Notes: generated from the letters alone by a model not told the origin. A stretch of DNA of 64,000 bases from Eukaryota sp. TZLM1-RC (GCA_040285825.1 JAUPSS010000010.1:248001-312000); one strand, 5' to 3'; positions 1 to 10,835 are shown, counted from the first letter of the stretch. Numbers and translations are program-made.

Positions 1-233
1 GTGGGAACAAGAGAACATTTTCAACTTTCATGGAAGAAAGAGACGGGAGGTTGACAGAAGGAACAGTCATCTGAAATAAGAAGGGCCAATAATTATTGAT
101 GCCGTTAGGCAGATGAACACACGAAGGAGAGAAAGAAATCTGTTGTTTATTAATAAAACTGATTCATAAATGAGTATCACGTCATCAGTCGAAATACAAA
201 GAAACCTACTAATTCAATTTGAGTTCAACAATA
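1..233 (-). mobile_element. 5' end of a Gag-only mini LTR element (family C): 5' LTR 97-233 and gag start codon at 68-70, truncated by the window edge
   Basis: Near-identical to 53700-53930 (LTR, CAATAATTATTG junction at 87-98, start of MTVPSVNLPSLSSMKV ORF). Inserted in the RNase H region of a family B element, which resumes at ACA CCG CTA (TPL). Confidence 0.9.
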
Positions 234-3131
234 ACACCGCTAAATAATAGGAAAGTGAAACCTTTGTCATTCTATAGTAGATTACTTACAGAAACACAAA
301 GAAAATGGTCCACTTTACAGAAAGAACTATATGCAATACTCTTGATTTTAACTGAAAGTTGCTTAGAAAACTACCTATTGACTAGACATTTAACAATTTT
401 CACTGATCACAAAAACATTGCATTCCTGGCCACAGCCCCAGAGAAAAATAGAATTGTAAAGAGATGGCTGCTGATACTATCTGAATTCGACTTTGATATA
501 GTCCATGAACCTGGTGAAGATAACCATTGGGCAGATATGCTATCGAGCAATATTGATTTGGATCAAAACGAGGAAACTCCTTCTATTTGTAGTATAAATA
601 TACCAGATACTTTACTTTCGAATTACGAGATACCTCCACTAGACGATTATTCTGATTCGGACTTTGAAGATATCCCATCAATTTCATCTTTAAGCAGACA
701 CCAAGACTTACCCATTTTTTCTCCTTGGTTCTCTAAAATAACATCCGAACAACAAATTGTCAAAAACAACAATGACTCTTTATTTGAAAATGCAATTCTA
801 GATGAAAAGACTCAAATTTGGAAAAATAATAAAAATAAAATTTTAATTCCAAAGAGCCTCAGAAAACAGGCACTATTATTAATACATGGTTTAATTCAAT
901 CTGGCCACCGCAGCAAAAATGATAGTTTAAACAAACTATCCAAAAGTGACTTCTACTGGCCTAATATGAGAAAGGACCTCATAAATCATGTCAAAAGTTG
1001 CCCAACTTGTCAAAAAACGGCTCCAGCTAAAAGATCAAAAACACCTTCCACAGGATGTCTATGGGCAGATCGTCCATTTGCCAGATTAAACGTCGACACA
1101 ATTGGACCTTTGAACACTGACAACGAAGGAAATAAATATTTATCAGTATTTGTAGACTCTTTTACTGGATATACGATTTTAGTCCCTCTAAAAGAACTCA
1201 ATGCCTTAGAAACCGCAGATGTTTTGATTTGGAACGTTTGCGCAATTTTTGGCATACCTATGTTAATTCATAGCGATAATGGACCTGAGTTCGCCAATGA
1301 GACTTTCAAAATAGTGTGTAACATACTTGCAAAATACAAGGGTCAAAAAATAATACAAATACAAATACAGAAATACAACTACAAAATACAAATACAGAAA
1401 TACAAAATACAGATGTTTATCCAGTTGGTGTTTTAGTCAGAATTTCGAATGTATAAGGTTACTCTCTACGTTTTTTTAATACACTGTTATTCTTTTTTGC
1501 TATTCTTCTCGGTTTTCCTGCTGATGGGCCCACACAAGCGTGCATTAGTGAACTATCGACTTCTTCGTCGATTTCATCAATTAAGCTTTGTGTGTCTTCG
1601 GGAGCGACACTTGTGATCTCGACTGGTTCAGGATCAAATTCAATATCATCGTCATCACAAAACATAACCATAGTTTCCAGCTCAGCAACAATATCACTTT
1701 CAGGAAGATGAATATTATTTTCAATGAATGAGTTGTCAATCTGACTCAATTTATCTCCCCACTTATCTCACTTATCTTAGATCGTTTTATTGCTATTGAC
1801 GATATGGGTCTTAAAACCGGGAGGCGGTTCATGTTTGACAGACTTCTGGTAGTGGGGGGTGGAGGAAGATGTCATAATCAGAATGCAAAACACGGTAAAC
1901 CTAATTTTATAATGTGCAACAAAATACAAAAAAATAGAAATACATCGGAAAAAAATACAAATACAAATACAAAGAAAATACAGAATACAAATAAATACAG
2001 AAAATGGTATTTTGCAAGTATGGTGTGTAATAGATTAGCGATTGAGATGAGTAACTCAATTCCCCACTATTCAGAAAGTAATGGACTTGTAGAACGTAAA
2101 CAGAGACGTTCTCCAATGTTTAAGGAAACTATTAATAGATTTTAATGATTACGGAAATAGGTTCACTTATGTGCCTATATCCCAACTATTATTAAATTCT
2201 ACTAAAAGCAGAAAAACTGGTTTTACCCCATACGAACTTATGTTCGGTTCTTCGATTAGTCCAAGATCAGATTCTGCTAATATATTAGGAAATTTATCCA
2301 AATTTGAAACTAATATCCCTATATTAGATGACATTAAAATGAAAAACACTCGTCTACAAAAAAAGGGAAGAAGCAGAGCGTCACCAAACATTAAATACTC
2401 CGTCTTCAGTAGATAATACTAATTCGTGTTTTATAGTATTTAATATTGGTGACTACGTCTTACGTAAAACCAGGCAGAATGATAAATTGCATGGATCTTG
2501 GAATGGACCATTCTTAGTTATTGACCTTCCTTCCAAATCCACTTTATTATTGAAGAATCTTACTACTGGCACATAATTAAAAGCTGCCAAAAAAGATTGT
2601 AAAATCTATAACGCAGAAAATCCATAGGACATTGAGTTCCTCAAGGCAGTGGCTGCAAGCGATTCCGAAAAACACGTTATAGAGAAAATCCTCTCAGAAT
2701 ACCACTCTGATTCAGGTAGTTTCTGTTCTGTTCAATGGTTTGGCGGTGAGACAACAGAAGAGCCTCTCCATTCGGTTAAACATTCAGGAGCTTATAAGTT
2801 ATTTAGTAAGGATAACAAAGAAAATTGGAAAACGTACCACTAGTCGACGTCAAGGTACCTCCAATGAGTCTACGCCTTCTAAGAGGCCTAGACGTAGTAA
2901 TAGAATTAGGGAGCGGAACTAATTCTTAGTTTTTTATCGATTATTTCTATTATATCGATTATATATATTTATTTATAGTTATTTCGTTACTTGTATATAG
3001 TTTTGTTTCATATTGATATAAGCTGATTTATTTTGAAAAAGGGAAAAAGCAGTGTTGGCGCCTTAAGGCTTATATAATATGAATTGAAAATAAATCAGGC
3101 TTCTCTTTACTACAATAGATTTTAGGCAACA
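234..3131 (+). mobile_element. 3' half of Ty3/gypsy LTR retrotransposon family B (RNase H, integrase, chromodomain-like tail, PPT, 3' LTR 3053-3131), degenerate
   Basis: RNase H motifs (QKELYAI, FTDHKN, DNHWADMLS), integrase HHCC zinc finger (GH...CPTCQ), DTIGP, HSDNGPEF, SNGLVER, chromo-like VIEKIL...VQWFG at 2649-2843. PPT AAAAAGGGAAAAAGCAG precedes a TG...CA LTR. Confidence 0.92.
1322..2022. mobile_element. Non-autonomous TIR DNA transposon (701 bp, hAT- or P-like) inserted into the family B integrase
   Basis: Perfect 16-bp TIRs CATACTTGCAAAATAC (1322-1337) / GTATTTTGCAAGTATG (2007-2022); 8-bp TSD GTGTGTAA (1314-1321, 2023-2030); AAATAC subterminal repeats. Integrase reads FKIVCN|RLAIE once it is removed. 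Confidence 0.9.
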
Positions 3132-3350
3132 ATTCAACCTAATCAGGCCACCCTAGCAAAAACGAAAGTCTTTATAAACTTTCCAAAAGCGATTTCTACT
3201 GGCCAAGCATGAGAATAGATCTCATCAAACATATAGAACGTTGTCCTACTTGCCAGAAAACAGCACCATTAAAGCAATCAAAGACTCCCTCAACTGGTTC
3301 CCTGTGGGCTAACTACCCTTTCGCAAAATTAAACATGGATATTGTGGCCC
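3132..3350 (+). pseudogene. Fragment of a family B-like integrase zinc-binding region
   Basis: Similar to 897-1110 (SGHPSKNESL...FYWP...CPTCQKTAP...TGSLWA). Confidence 0.75.
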
Positions 3351-3417
3351 TGTAATTTGCCCAATAATCTGTTATGCAAATGTGGAGCTGGTTTGACACT
3401 ATCACATTTATTCAATT

Positions 3418-3565
3418 TGATGGTCTAGGCTGGTTAGTGTCAGACATACAGAGTAAAAGTAATGAGATTTATTACGAAGAGGAATTGCATTCTCTCTTCT
3501 TAAACTAATAGGCGTAATACTAATAAACTATCTAAATAAGCTATAAATACTATTCAAGACTAACA
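3418..3565 (-). repeat. 3' LTR of family A element
   Basis: Direct repeat of 10684-10831, preceded on the minus strand by the PPT. Confidence 0.95.
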
Positions 3566-6500
3566 CTGCCTTTTCCTCTCGTTCGAGCGACAAGCCCTGG
3601 AAGCTCTAGTCACAGGAGGTGAACCATTGGAATTGATACGCTTCTTGGGAGGAGCGGATTTAGTACGGCGACGTGCTTTTGAAGTCTTGATAAAGTCTTT
3701 ATACGCGGCAGTATTTTGGACTGTAGACACGTGTTCAGTGGTGATCTCTTTTCCCGGCCATTGCACGTGGCAAAAGTCACCTTCCTGACTGAGCACTTTT
3801 TCAATGATGTGTTCTTCGACATCACCTGCAGCGACCCAGGAGTGGAACTCATCGTTGGTGAACAAGCTGAAGTGCCAGGGTGCTAAATGTTTGATGCTAG
3901 CTTGGACAATCGTACCGGTGCAGAGATTCTTAATATTCACAGACGAATTGGATACAATTTCAGTAATTAGGAAAGGTCCTAAATAATCTCCATGAAGCTT
4001 AGCGGAAGAGCCAGATGCTCTCAATACCAATTGACCAACTTCAAAAGGGTTTGGAGTTGTAGCTCTAGTTAGATTGGAAGCTTTGGAAGCTTGATGGTGT
4101 ACTGCCTTTTCCTGTTTTTCTTTCAACCTTCGAAATTTAGATTAAATTTCTTGAATAAAAGATGACTCAGACGTCGAGCTTTCAATGATTTCAAGAATTT
4201 TGCCAGGGACTGATCTAGGAGACACATCTGAGCCAAAAATCACTTGGTATGGAGGGTGGTTAGTTATTGAGCTCTTGGAAGAGTTGATCAATAATTGCAC
4301 ATAAGGCAAGTATTGAGACCACACATCGTAGGCGTTGAAGTCTACGAGCAATTTCGGTAGGTTTTGCAGGATGTCTCTGTGTCGGCGCTCTACCAGGCCG
4401 TTGGACTGAGAAAACCTAAAATATTGACTTTGACACCTCTATGCCCAAAAATTTGCTTAGTTCGTCAAAGACAGCTTTGGAAAATTCGGGTCCATTATCG
4501 CTGTGGATTTGAAATGGAATGCCAAAGATGGCACAGATTCTCCAAATTAATGCATCTGCAGTAAGATTGGCATTTATTTCTTTTAAAGGCACGATGATCG
4601 TAAACCTAGAAAAGCTGTCAATAAATACGAGGATATATTTGTAGCCTTCTTGATCTTCTGGAAGAGGACCAATAACGTCGGCGTTGACGCGAGCAAAAGG
4701 TCTGTCAGCCCACAATGAACCGGTTGGGGGAACATGCAGTTTGGGAACTGGCTTAGTTTTCTGACAGGAGGGGCATTCTTGGACGTGCTCATTCATGTCG
4801 GTGAGCATGTTAGGCCACCAATAGTCGCTGTTCCTGAGCTTGTTCAGGCTTTCAGCTTTGCTTGGATGGCCTCCTTGCAGAAGTCCGTGCAACAAGTTAA
4901 GAGTGTCCTTAATGAGTGATTTGGGAATCACTATCTTGTTGTCGTGAGTCATATATAAATCATGATTATTGTTATGAACACAGTTGTTGAAAGAGGGGTC
5001 TTTGGAAGCTATGGCAAGCTTCTGTTCGGACCTAATCCTACAGAGCCATGGCTCGAAAATAGGCAGGTCGTTGGAACATCGTTCTCTGATGACCATGATA
5101 CGTTCGAAGTTGTTTAAGTCTTCGATGTAGTATCTTTCATTTTCTGTTCCATCAATTTTATCGATGTAAAATATAGGATGAAAATTTGGAGACATTTGAT
5201 GGGACAAATGATTGATCTCTTGATGGTCTATAGGCGGAACTATTCGAGACAACATATCAGCCCAGAAGTTATCTTCCCCTTTGGTATGTACCAAATCAAA
5301 GCAGAATTCGGAGAATATGGGTAACCATCTGGTTACAATTCTGTTCTTCTCAGGAGCCGTGAACATGTAGGTAAGGTTTTGATGGTCTGTGAATATGACC
5401 AGTTTCCTTCCTTTCAAGTAGTTTTCAAAACCACTTTGAGTTAACATGAGCAGAATGGCATACAGTTCCTTTTGGTTTGTCGGCCAGTTCTTTTGCAAGT
5501 TGGTTAACAACCGGCTGAAGAAGCTGATGGGCCTACATTTCCTGTTGATCAGGGGGGTACCGGGGTCGTCGACTTGTTCGATTTGTTCCCATATGACGCC
5601 GCCTACAGCTATGTCGGATGCATCGCAACTAATTAAAATTTGGTTTTCCAGAGGAGGTAAGCTGAGCGGCATGTGCTTCGCTATCAGTTGTTTGATCTTT
5701 TGAAGGAGTCCGTCGTGCATGTCGGTCCATTGTAGGCGTTGCGCGCGGGATTTGGGTTTAACAGTTGAGTTGTTTCCATCCTTCTTAGTCAATCTGATGA
5801 TAGGAGCGATGAGCTCAGATACCTGAGGAAGCCATTCTCTAATAAAGTTGACTGATCCTACGAGGCTGCGGACGTCTTTGATGGTCTTTGGTCTAGGTAG
5901 ATTCAACAAAGATTCAACGCGAGTGGGATCGATAGTCCGTTGTTTGTTTTGGAAAACACTGCCCAGTATCTTGATTGAGTGTCTGGAAGACACAAAATGG
6001 CACTTTGGAAGTTCCAAGGAAACTCTTTTGCATCTGGCTTGATCAAGGACGCGACGGAGGCGTTCAATGAATTCGTCAAAGGTTGAACCTATGATTATGA
6101 TGTCATCTATGTAAATGAAGACACCGTCTCCAGAGAAGATGTCAGCCATGACGTTTTGGAAAACGGCTGGGACATTCTTGAGGCCAAAAGCTGCACGTTT
6201 GAACATGATACTTTTGCCAGGAATGCTCAGGGCTGTTTTCTGCCAGTCCTTTTCAGCAATCTTTAGTTGCCAAAAGGCTTTGGGGAAGTCAAGGGTGCCT
6301 ATGTAGTTCGCTTGGGAGAAAAATATTAGCACATCGGAGATTCTTGGAAGGTTGGGCTCAACAGGAATGGTGTTGGCGTTGACTTCGTCCTTGCCACTAT
6401 AATCACCGGTAAGGCGGGGCTTACGGTGATCTGGGTAGACCACTGAACAGACAGGGGAGCTGAACTCATGGTTCGATGGAACAGCAAATCCTGAGTCTAC

Positions 6501-7553
6501 GAGTTCGTCGAAAATTTGATTAGCGACCTCTAGCCTGGCTGGATTCAGGGTCCTGGGGGGTCTTCTAACTCTGACGTCTTCATTGTAGAAGTTGATTTTC
6601 ATGAGAGGGCAATCAATACCTTCAGCGTGAGGCTTGAGGGTAAATACGTCTTCGAACTCTTTCAAAGTTTGAAGTAGGGACTTCTTGAAATGGTCGTTGT
6701 CGAGGTTGATGGTACAACCAGATGAGTTGATGTGTTCCAACCAACGTGTGGAAACGTTGACGACTTCTGAAGCTTGTGATATTCGATGATCGAATTCGGC
6801 TTCAGGTAATAGTAATGTGCGACAGGCGTCGTCCATTCTAATGTAAATGCCCTTGTTGTTCATCAGTTCAAGGTGACTCAACAAGTCAGCACCAATGAGA
6901 ATGGTCTCATGTCCAGGAACGATGCTGAACTTGTGTTTCACATGTACAATCTGGGTAACACTACCTAGTCTAATGCTAAGGGTTCCAGAAGCAGTACCAA
7001 GGGAATGTGAGGTAGTTCCATCAGCAATCTTGTAGGATATGGTTTCGTTGGAACGTGCCATGTTACAATTACTGATGACGTCTTCCGTGACTACAGAGCA
7101 TGATGCGTCAGAGTCGATTATGCCTTTAACTTCGACATTGTTGATCGAGAAGTTTAATTGTAGGCAGTTGGTTGTGGACTTCATGGATTGTACCATGAAT
7201 ATTGTATCAGAATCGTATTCAGCTTGTTCTGAGAAGAAATTAGCTTGAATGTTGTGTGTCTTGGTATGTTCCAAAATGGCCAAAGGGTTGATTAGGGAAT
7301 CTTTCCCTGTTGTGCTTTCTGTGTGGGGATGTGTTGTATTTGTAGGGGGTATGGTTTCAAAAATGCGTAAATAGTGACGGGAACGTTTATTATATGATGA
7401 AGAGCCTCTGCCTCTGCCGCGAGTGCCTCTTCGACTACGGAAACCAGAACCTCTAGAACCTCTGCCTCGAGCTTGCTGTTGAGCTTGTTGCTCTCTCCAC
7501 TTTTTGCTTCTTTGGCAGTCCTCACTGGGGCACCTTTCAGTCGGATGACCCAT
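3560..7553 (-). pseudogene. pol: pol region of family A (protease, RT, RNase H, integrase, chromodomain-like), with a frameshift near 4416 and a stop at 4142
   Basis: IIDSDAS (DSG in other copies), LDFPKAFWQ, FGLKNVP, YIDDII, SCDASD, FTDHQN, HHCC, HSDNGPEF, EEHIIEKVL...VQWPG. Confidence 0.92.
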
Positions 7554-10500
7554 TTGTTTACAGAAATTGCATTGGACGTTGGACTCAGACTGAGTGGAAG
7601 ACGGTTGAGTAGAGCTTCCTTCTCGCCGTTGTTGTTTTGGGCGCCTGCCAGAGCTTTAACCTCTTGGTTTGGGGATAGCAGGGGGAGAAGGTACCGTCTG
7701 TCTGCGACGGTTCTCGGTCTGAAATGAGATTCTGTTCTGATACAAGAAGTCAACGTGATTGATCTGGCCCTTGAAAGATCTAGCATTACAGAAATTTTCG
7801 TATTCTATTTGGAGAACACTGAAAAATTCTCCTAGGGTGTGGCCATCTGAATAATAAAATGAATATCTGAGTAATGGGAGGGATTGGACCAGATCCTGAG
7901 GAGTCTGTCCCTGATGATGGTGATACCGATGCTTTCGATGACGTGAGAAGCAATTTCCCATTCGGGAAGTCGGTCGACGGGGTTTCCGTGGATGTTGATG
8001 TGTCTCATTTGTTGTGTCAGACCACGAACATCTTGGATAGCGGTGGAACGCGTTAAGACTCCGCCTATGTTAAGCATGAAGTCTATCCATCTGTTACCAT
8101 AATCTCTTTCAGACCAATCCATGTTTACAGCATGAAGTGCGTCCAGGGCTTGATCCAGTCTACTGAATTGGGTTCTCCTTAGGATCTGTTCCCAAATGTT
8201 GCGTTCGTCTCTGTTGGTTGGGACCATAGCAGAGGAAATTGAAAGGCCAGTGCCTTGATACCTTAAAGCGTTGAGAGCTTCAGGTGTAACGCATTCAGCT
8301 AAGCCTCTGGGACTAATGCGCGTGGCAGATCTGAAGAGATCCCATTCATGAATTGGTTCACTGTCGAACCGTTGATCAGATGCCAGTTCTGCTGATCTAG
8401 CTAGTTCAAGTTCTTCGCGAAGTCTAGCAACTTTGCTGGCCAAAGCAACTTGGGCAGGATCCTCAATGTTGCCTCGAGCCTCGTCTACAATTCTATCCGT
8501 GCGACTCCAGAGGATAAACTTGTTAACAAACTTGAGGAGTTTATCAACGTTTCTTAAATCAGTCGCGTCGAGAGTTGGACGTTTGGGGCGGTCTCTGCGT
8601 CTATTGTCCCTATCTCTTGTCCCACCATGGAAGATAGGAGAAGGTTACTATCGTAAGTACCTGAGAAAGTAGAACGTGAAGAACTAACCGTGGAGTGTGT
8701 TGGTTGAGCCGCATGTTGTGAACTTGTTGAACCAGTGGAAGGAGGTGTGGGTGGAACCACTGATTGTTCCATAGGCTGTGCAGGTGCTGGTGTTTGTTCC
8801 ATTGGTGCTAGCACAGTTGGAATTGAGTCTGGAGTTGGAAACTCATCACTGACTTCTACTACAACATCCTCTTCAGTTTGTTCCATGGGAGGATTATGCG
8901 ACGGTTGTGTTGAGGGTTCTGTAGAAGTTTCCATAGGTTGTTCTGCGGAGGGTGGAACTTCACTTTAGTGAGGTTCAGGAGAAGGTTGTGTCTCTTCAAT
9001 CTGGGCTGGAACCTGGTAAGAAGAGATCGCTGGTTGAACCAAGCGTGTTTTCTCTATACGACCTTCTACCATGACCCATTTTAACATCCTGGATTCTATG
9101 CATCCAGGGAAAACAGTGACAAGCTGGAGGGCTCTTTGAAGATTACCAGATCTTCTGTGGTCAGGACCACAATATGAAGCTATATGGTCAGGACGTCTGT
9201 CGTAAAGAAAGAGTCTTTCACCATATGTGGTTTCGGTAAACCACCACCCTGTTCTATAATCTCTGTCGATAAGGATATCTAGAGATGCATTGTACCCAGG
9301 GCTGAACCTAGGGTAGGGGCAAGGGTTGTAGACGTTGATAAAGAGGTTGTCTTCGTCTCCAGCGAAGCGTCTGAATACTCCCTCTCGTGTAGTTCTCATG
9401 AACCTAACTCCGGGTCTAGGGTCGTGAGTGGGTTCAGGATCATGTCTGGTGTTCTCTGGAGTAATTCTTTCATCAGAGAGGTATGGACCAATCCTTGGAG
9501 TGATCCATAATCCTAAGTCATTTTCGACTCTAGGACCGAAGAAAGGAGGACGCCCATTGCTCATCTCCGTGGGAGGGATGGCTTCGGGGTCTTCTGGAAT
9601 TACTTGAGAATCCCTATATCGGCTATAAGGATTGTGCTGACGGGAAGCACCATGATGAACACTTGAGCTAGCGTAGGAACTAGCTTGAGAAGGGGTAGGT
9701 TGAGCAGGTGTAGAGGATGTTCCTCTTCTAGCTTCAATCTCTCTATCCAGTCTTTTCCTGTGTTCCCAGTTTCGTTCTTCTTGAAGATAACGCTCTAAAT
9801 ATTCTTTAGAGACCTTACCAGAAATTCTGTCAATTTCAGATGGAGGTGCCGTAGGAGGGACCTGGTGTTGAGGTAAAGGGGAGAATTCCTTGGAAGGTTC
9901 CTCGTACTCAACCAAATCTGAAAATATTTGTTCGTACCTTTTCCTTTGCTCTTCAGAAAGATACGAAGGAAATTTCGAAGTGCTAGGAATGGAATCACTA
10001 GCCTGGAGAGAGGAAACAGACAGATTATTAACTCCACTTACTGTTGAAGTTAGAGGAGATCCTGAAGTTGGAACAGCAGGATTTTGGATAGTTCTCCTAA
10101 CAGTTGGAACTGGAGGGAGAAGCTGTTGAGAGTGAGAGGGTGGAACCTCAGTATTGGTAGAGAGGGATGAAGATGGTACTTCAATGACCTCTGTAGGGTG
10201 GGAAGAAGGTTGTTCTTCCAATCCTTCCTTTGTAGCGAGAGAAGGTTGAACAGTCTCTCTGCTCTGAGTAGAAGGTGAAGGTGGTACTTCAGATCTTCTT
10301 TTAGGGAGGGGAGAAGGTGGGACTTCATATTCCCTCAATTGCGGAGGAGGGAAAGGAGCAACGGAATCCTCTGCGTCCTCGTCGTCGTAGGAGACCAACG
10401 AAGGACTTCTTCCTTCCGAAGGAACGGAATCTTTGGGAGGGTTGTCTCCTTCCACAGGAATGGAATCCTGAGGAGGGGAGCTTCCTTCCATTGGAACGGA

Positions 10501-10713
10501 ATCCTCTGGAAGGGAACTTTCTTCCCTTGGGATGGAACCCTCAGGGAGAGTGTCTTCAGGAAGCGCAAAAGCTTCTACTGAAGAAGAGGGCACGGGAGCT
10601 GGGTCTGTCGTTAGTTGAGAGGAAGAGGGACCAGTCTCTTCCTCGTGGATCCTGCGTTGAGCCGTTGACGACCCAATACGTATTGATGGTCTAGGCTGGT
10701 TAGTGTCAGACAT
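7554..10713 (-). pseudogene. gag: Very long gag region of family A: Pro/Ser-rich extension, unknown globular domain, capsid-like helical region, CCHC knuckle; interrupted by stops and indels
   Basis: ORF pieces 8965-10713, 8554-8934, 7832-8643 and 7656-7860 join into the pol frame; zinc knuckle CNFCKQMGHPTERC near 7530-7572; the homologous copy at 58000-60270 reads through some lesions. Confidence 0.8.
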
Positions 10714-10831
10714 ACAGAGTAAAAGTAATGAGATTTATTACGAAGAGGAATTGCATTCTCTCTTCTTAAACTAATAGGCCGAATACTAATAAACTATCTA
10801 AATAAGCTATAAATACTATTCAAGACTAACA
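10684..10831 (-). repeat. 5' LTR of family A element (contains the ORF start codon at 10713)
   Basis: Direct repeat of 3418-3565, followed by palindrome CAATACGTATTG at 10674-10685. Confidence 0.95.
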
Positions 10832-10835
10832 AATT

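Larger units (their letters stand above)
3418..10831 (-). mobile_element. Full-length Ty3/gypsy chromodomain LTR retrotransposon, family A (7414 bp)
   Basis: 148-bp LTRs at 3418-3565 and 10684-10831 (TG...CA, two visible mismatches), 4-bp TSD AATT, PPT GAGAGGAAAAGGCAG next to the 3' LTR, domain order gag-PR-RT-RH-IN-chromo. Confidence 0.95.

Noticed and set aside
1804-2145. ORF-track proteins rich in IQIQKY or NTNTN, and the many short antisense ORFs over transposon and host genes
   Set aside because: They are translations of AAATAC subterminal repeats or shadow frames of real coding sequences.
8554-8660. Programmed -1 frameshift (C CCA AAC) or an intron between ORF1 and the capsid region of family A
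   Set aside because: Comparison with the copy near 59340 shows independent 1-nt indels right after SSM(V/I)G, so the ancestral frame was continuous; the heptamer is not conserved and there is no suitable AG acceptor.
4142-8967. TAA/TAG reassigned to Gln, suggested by TAA at positions that are Gln in other copies
   Set aside because: Host genes end in TAA, TAG or TGA at the expected places and their long ORFs have no internal TAR codons; these are C-to-T lesions.
8965-10713. env-like gene in family A
   Set aside because: The extra coding region is upstream of gag, in the same frame, and has no signal peptide or TM helix.
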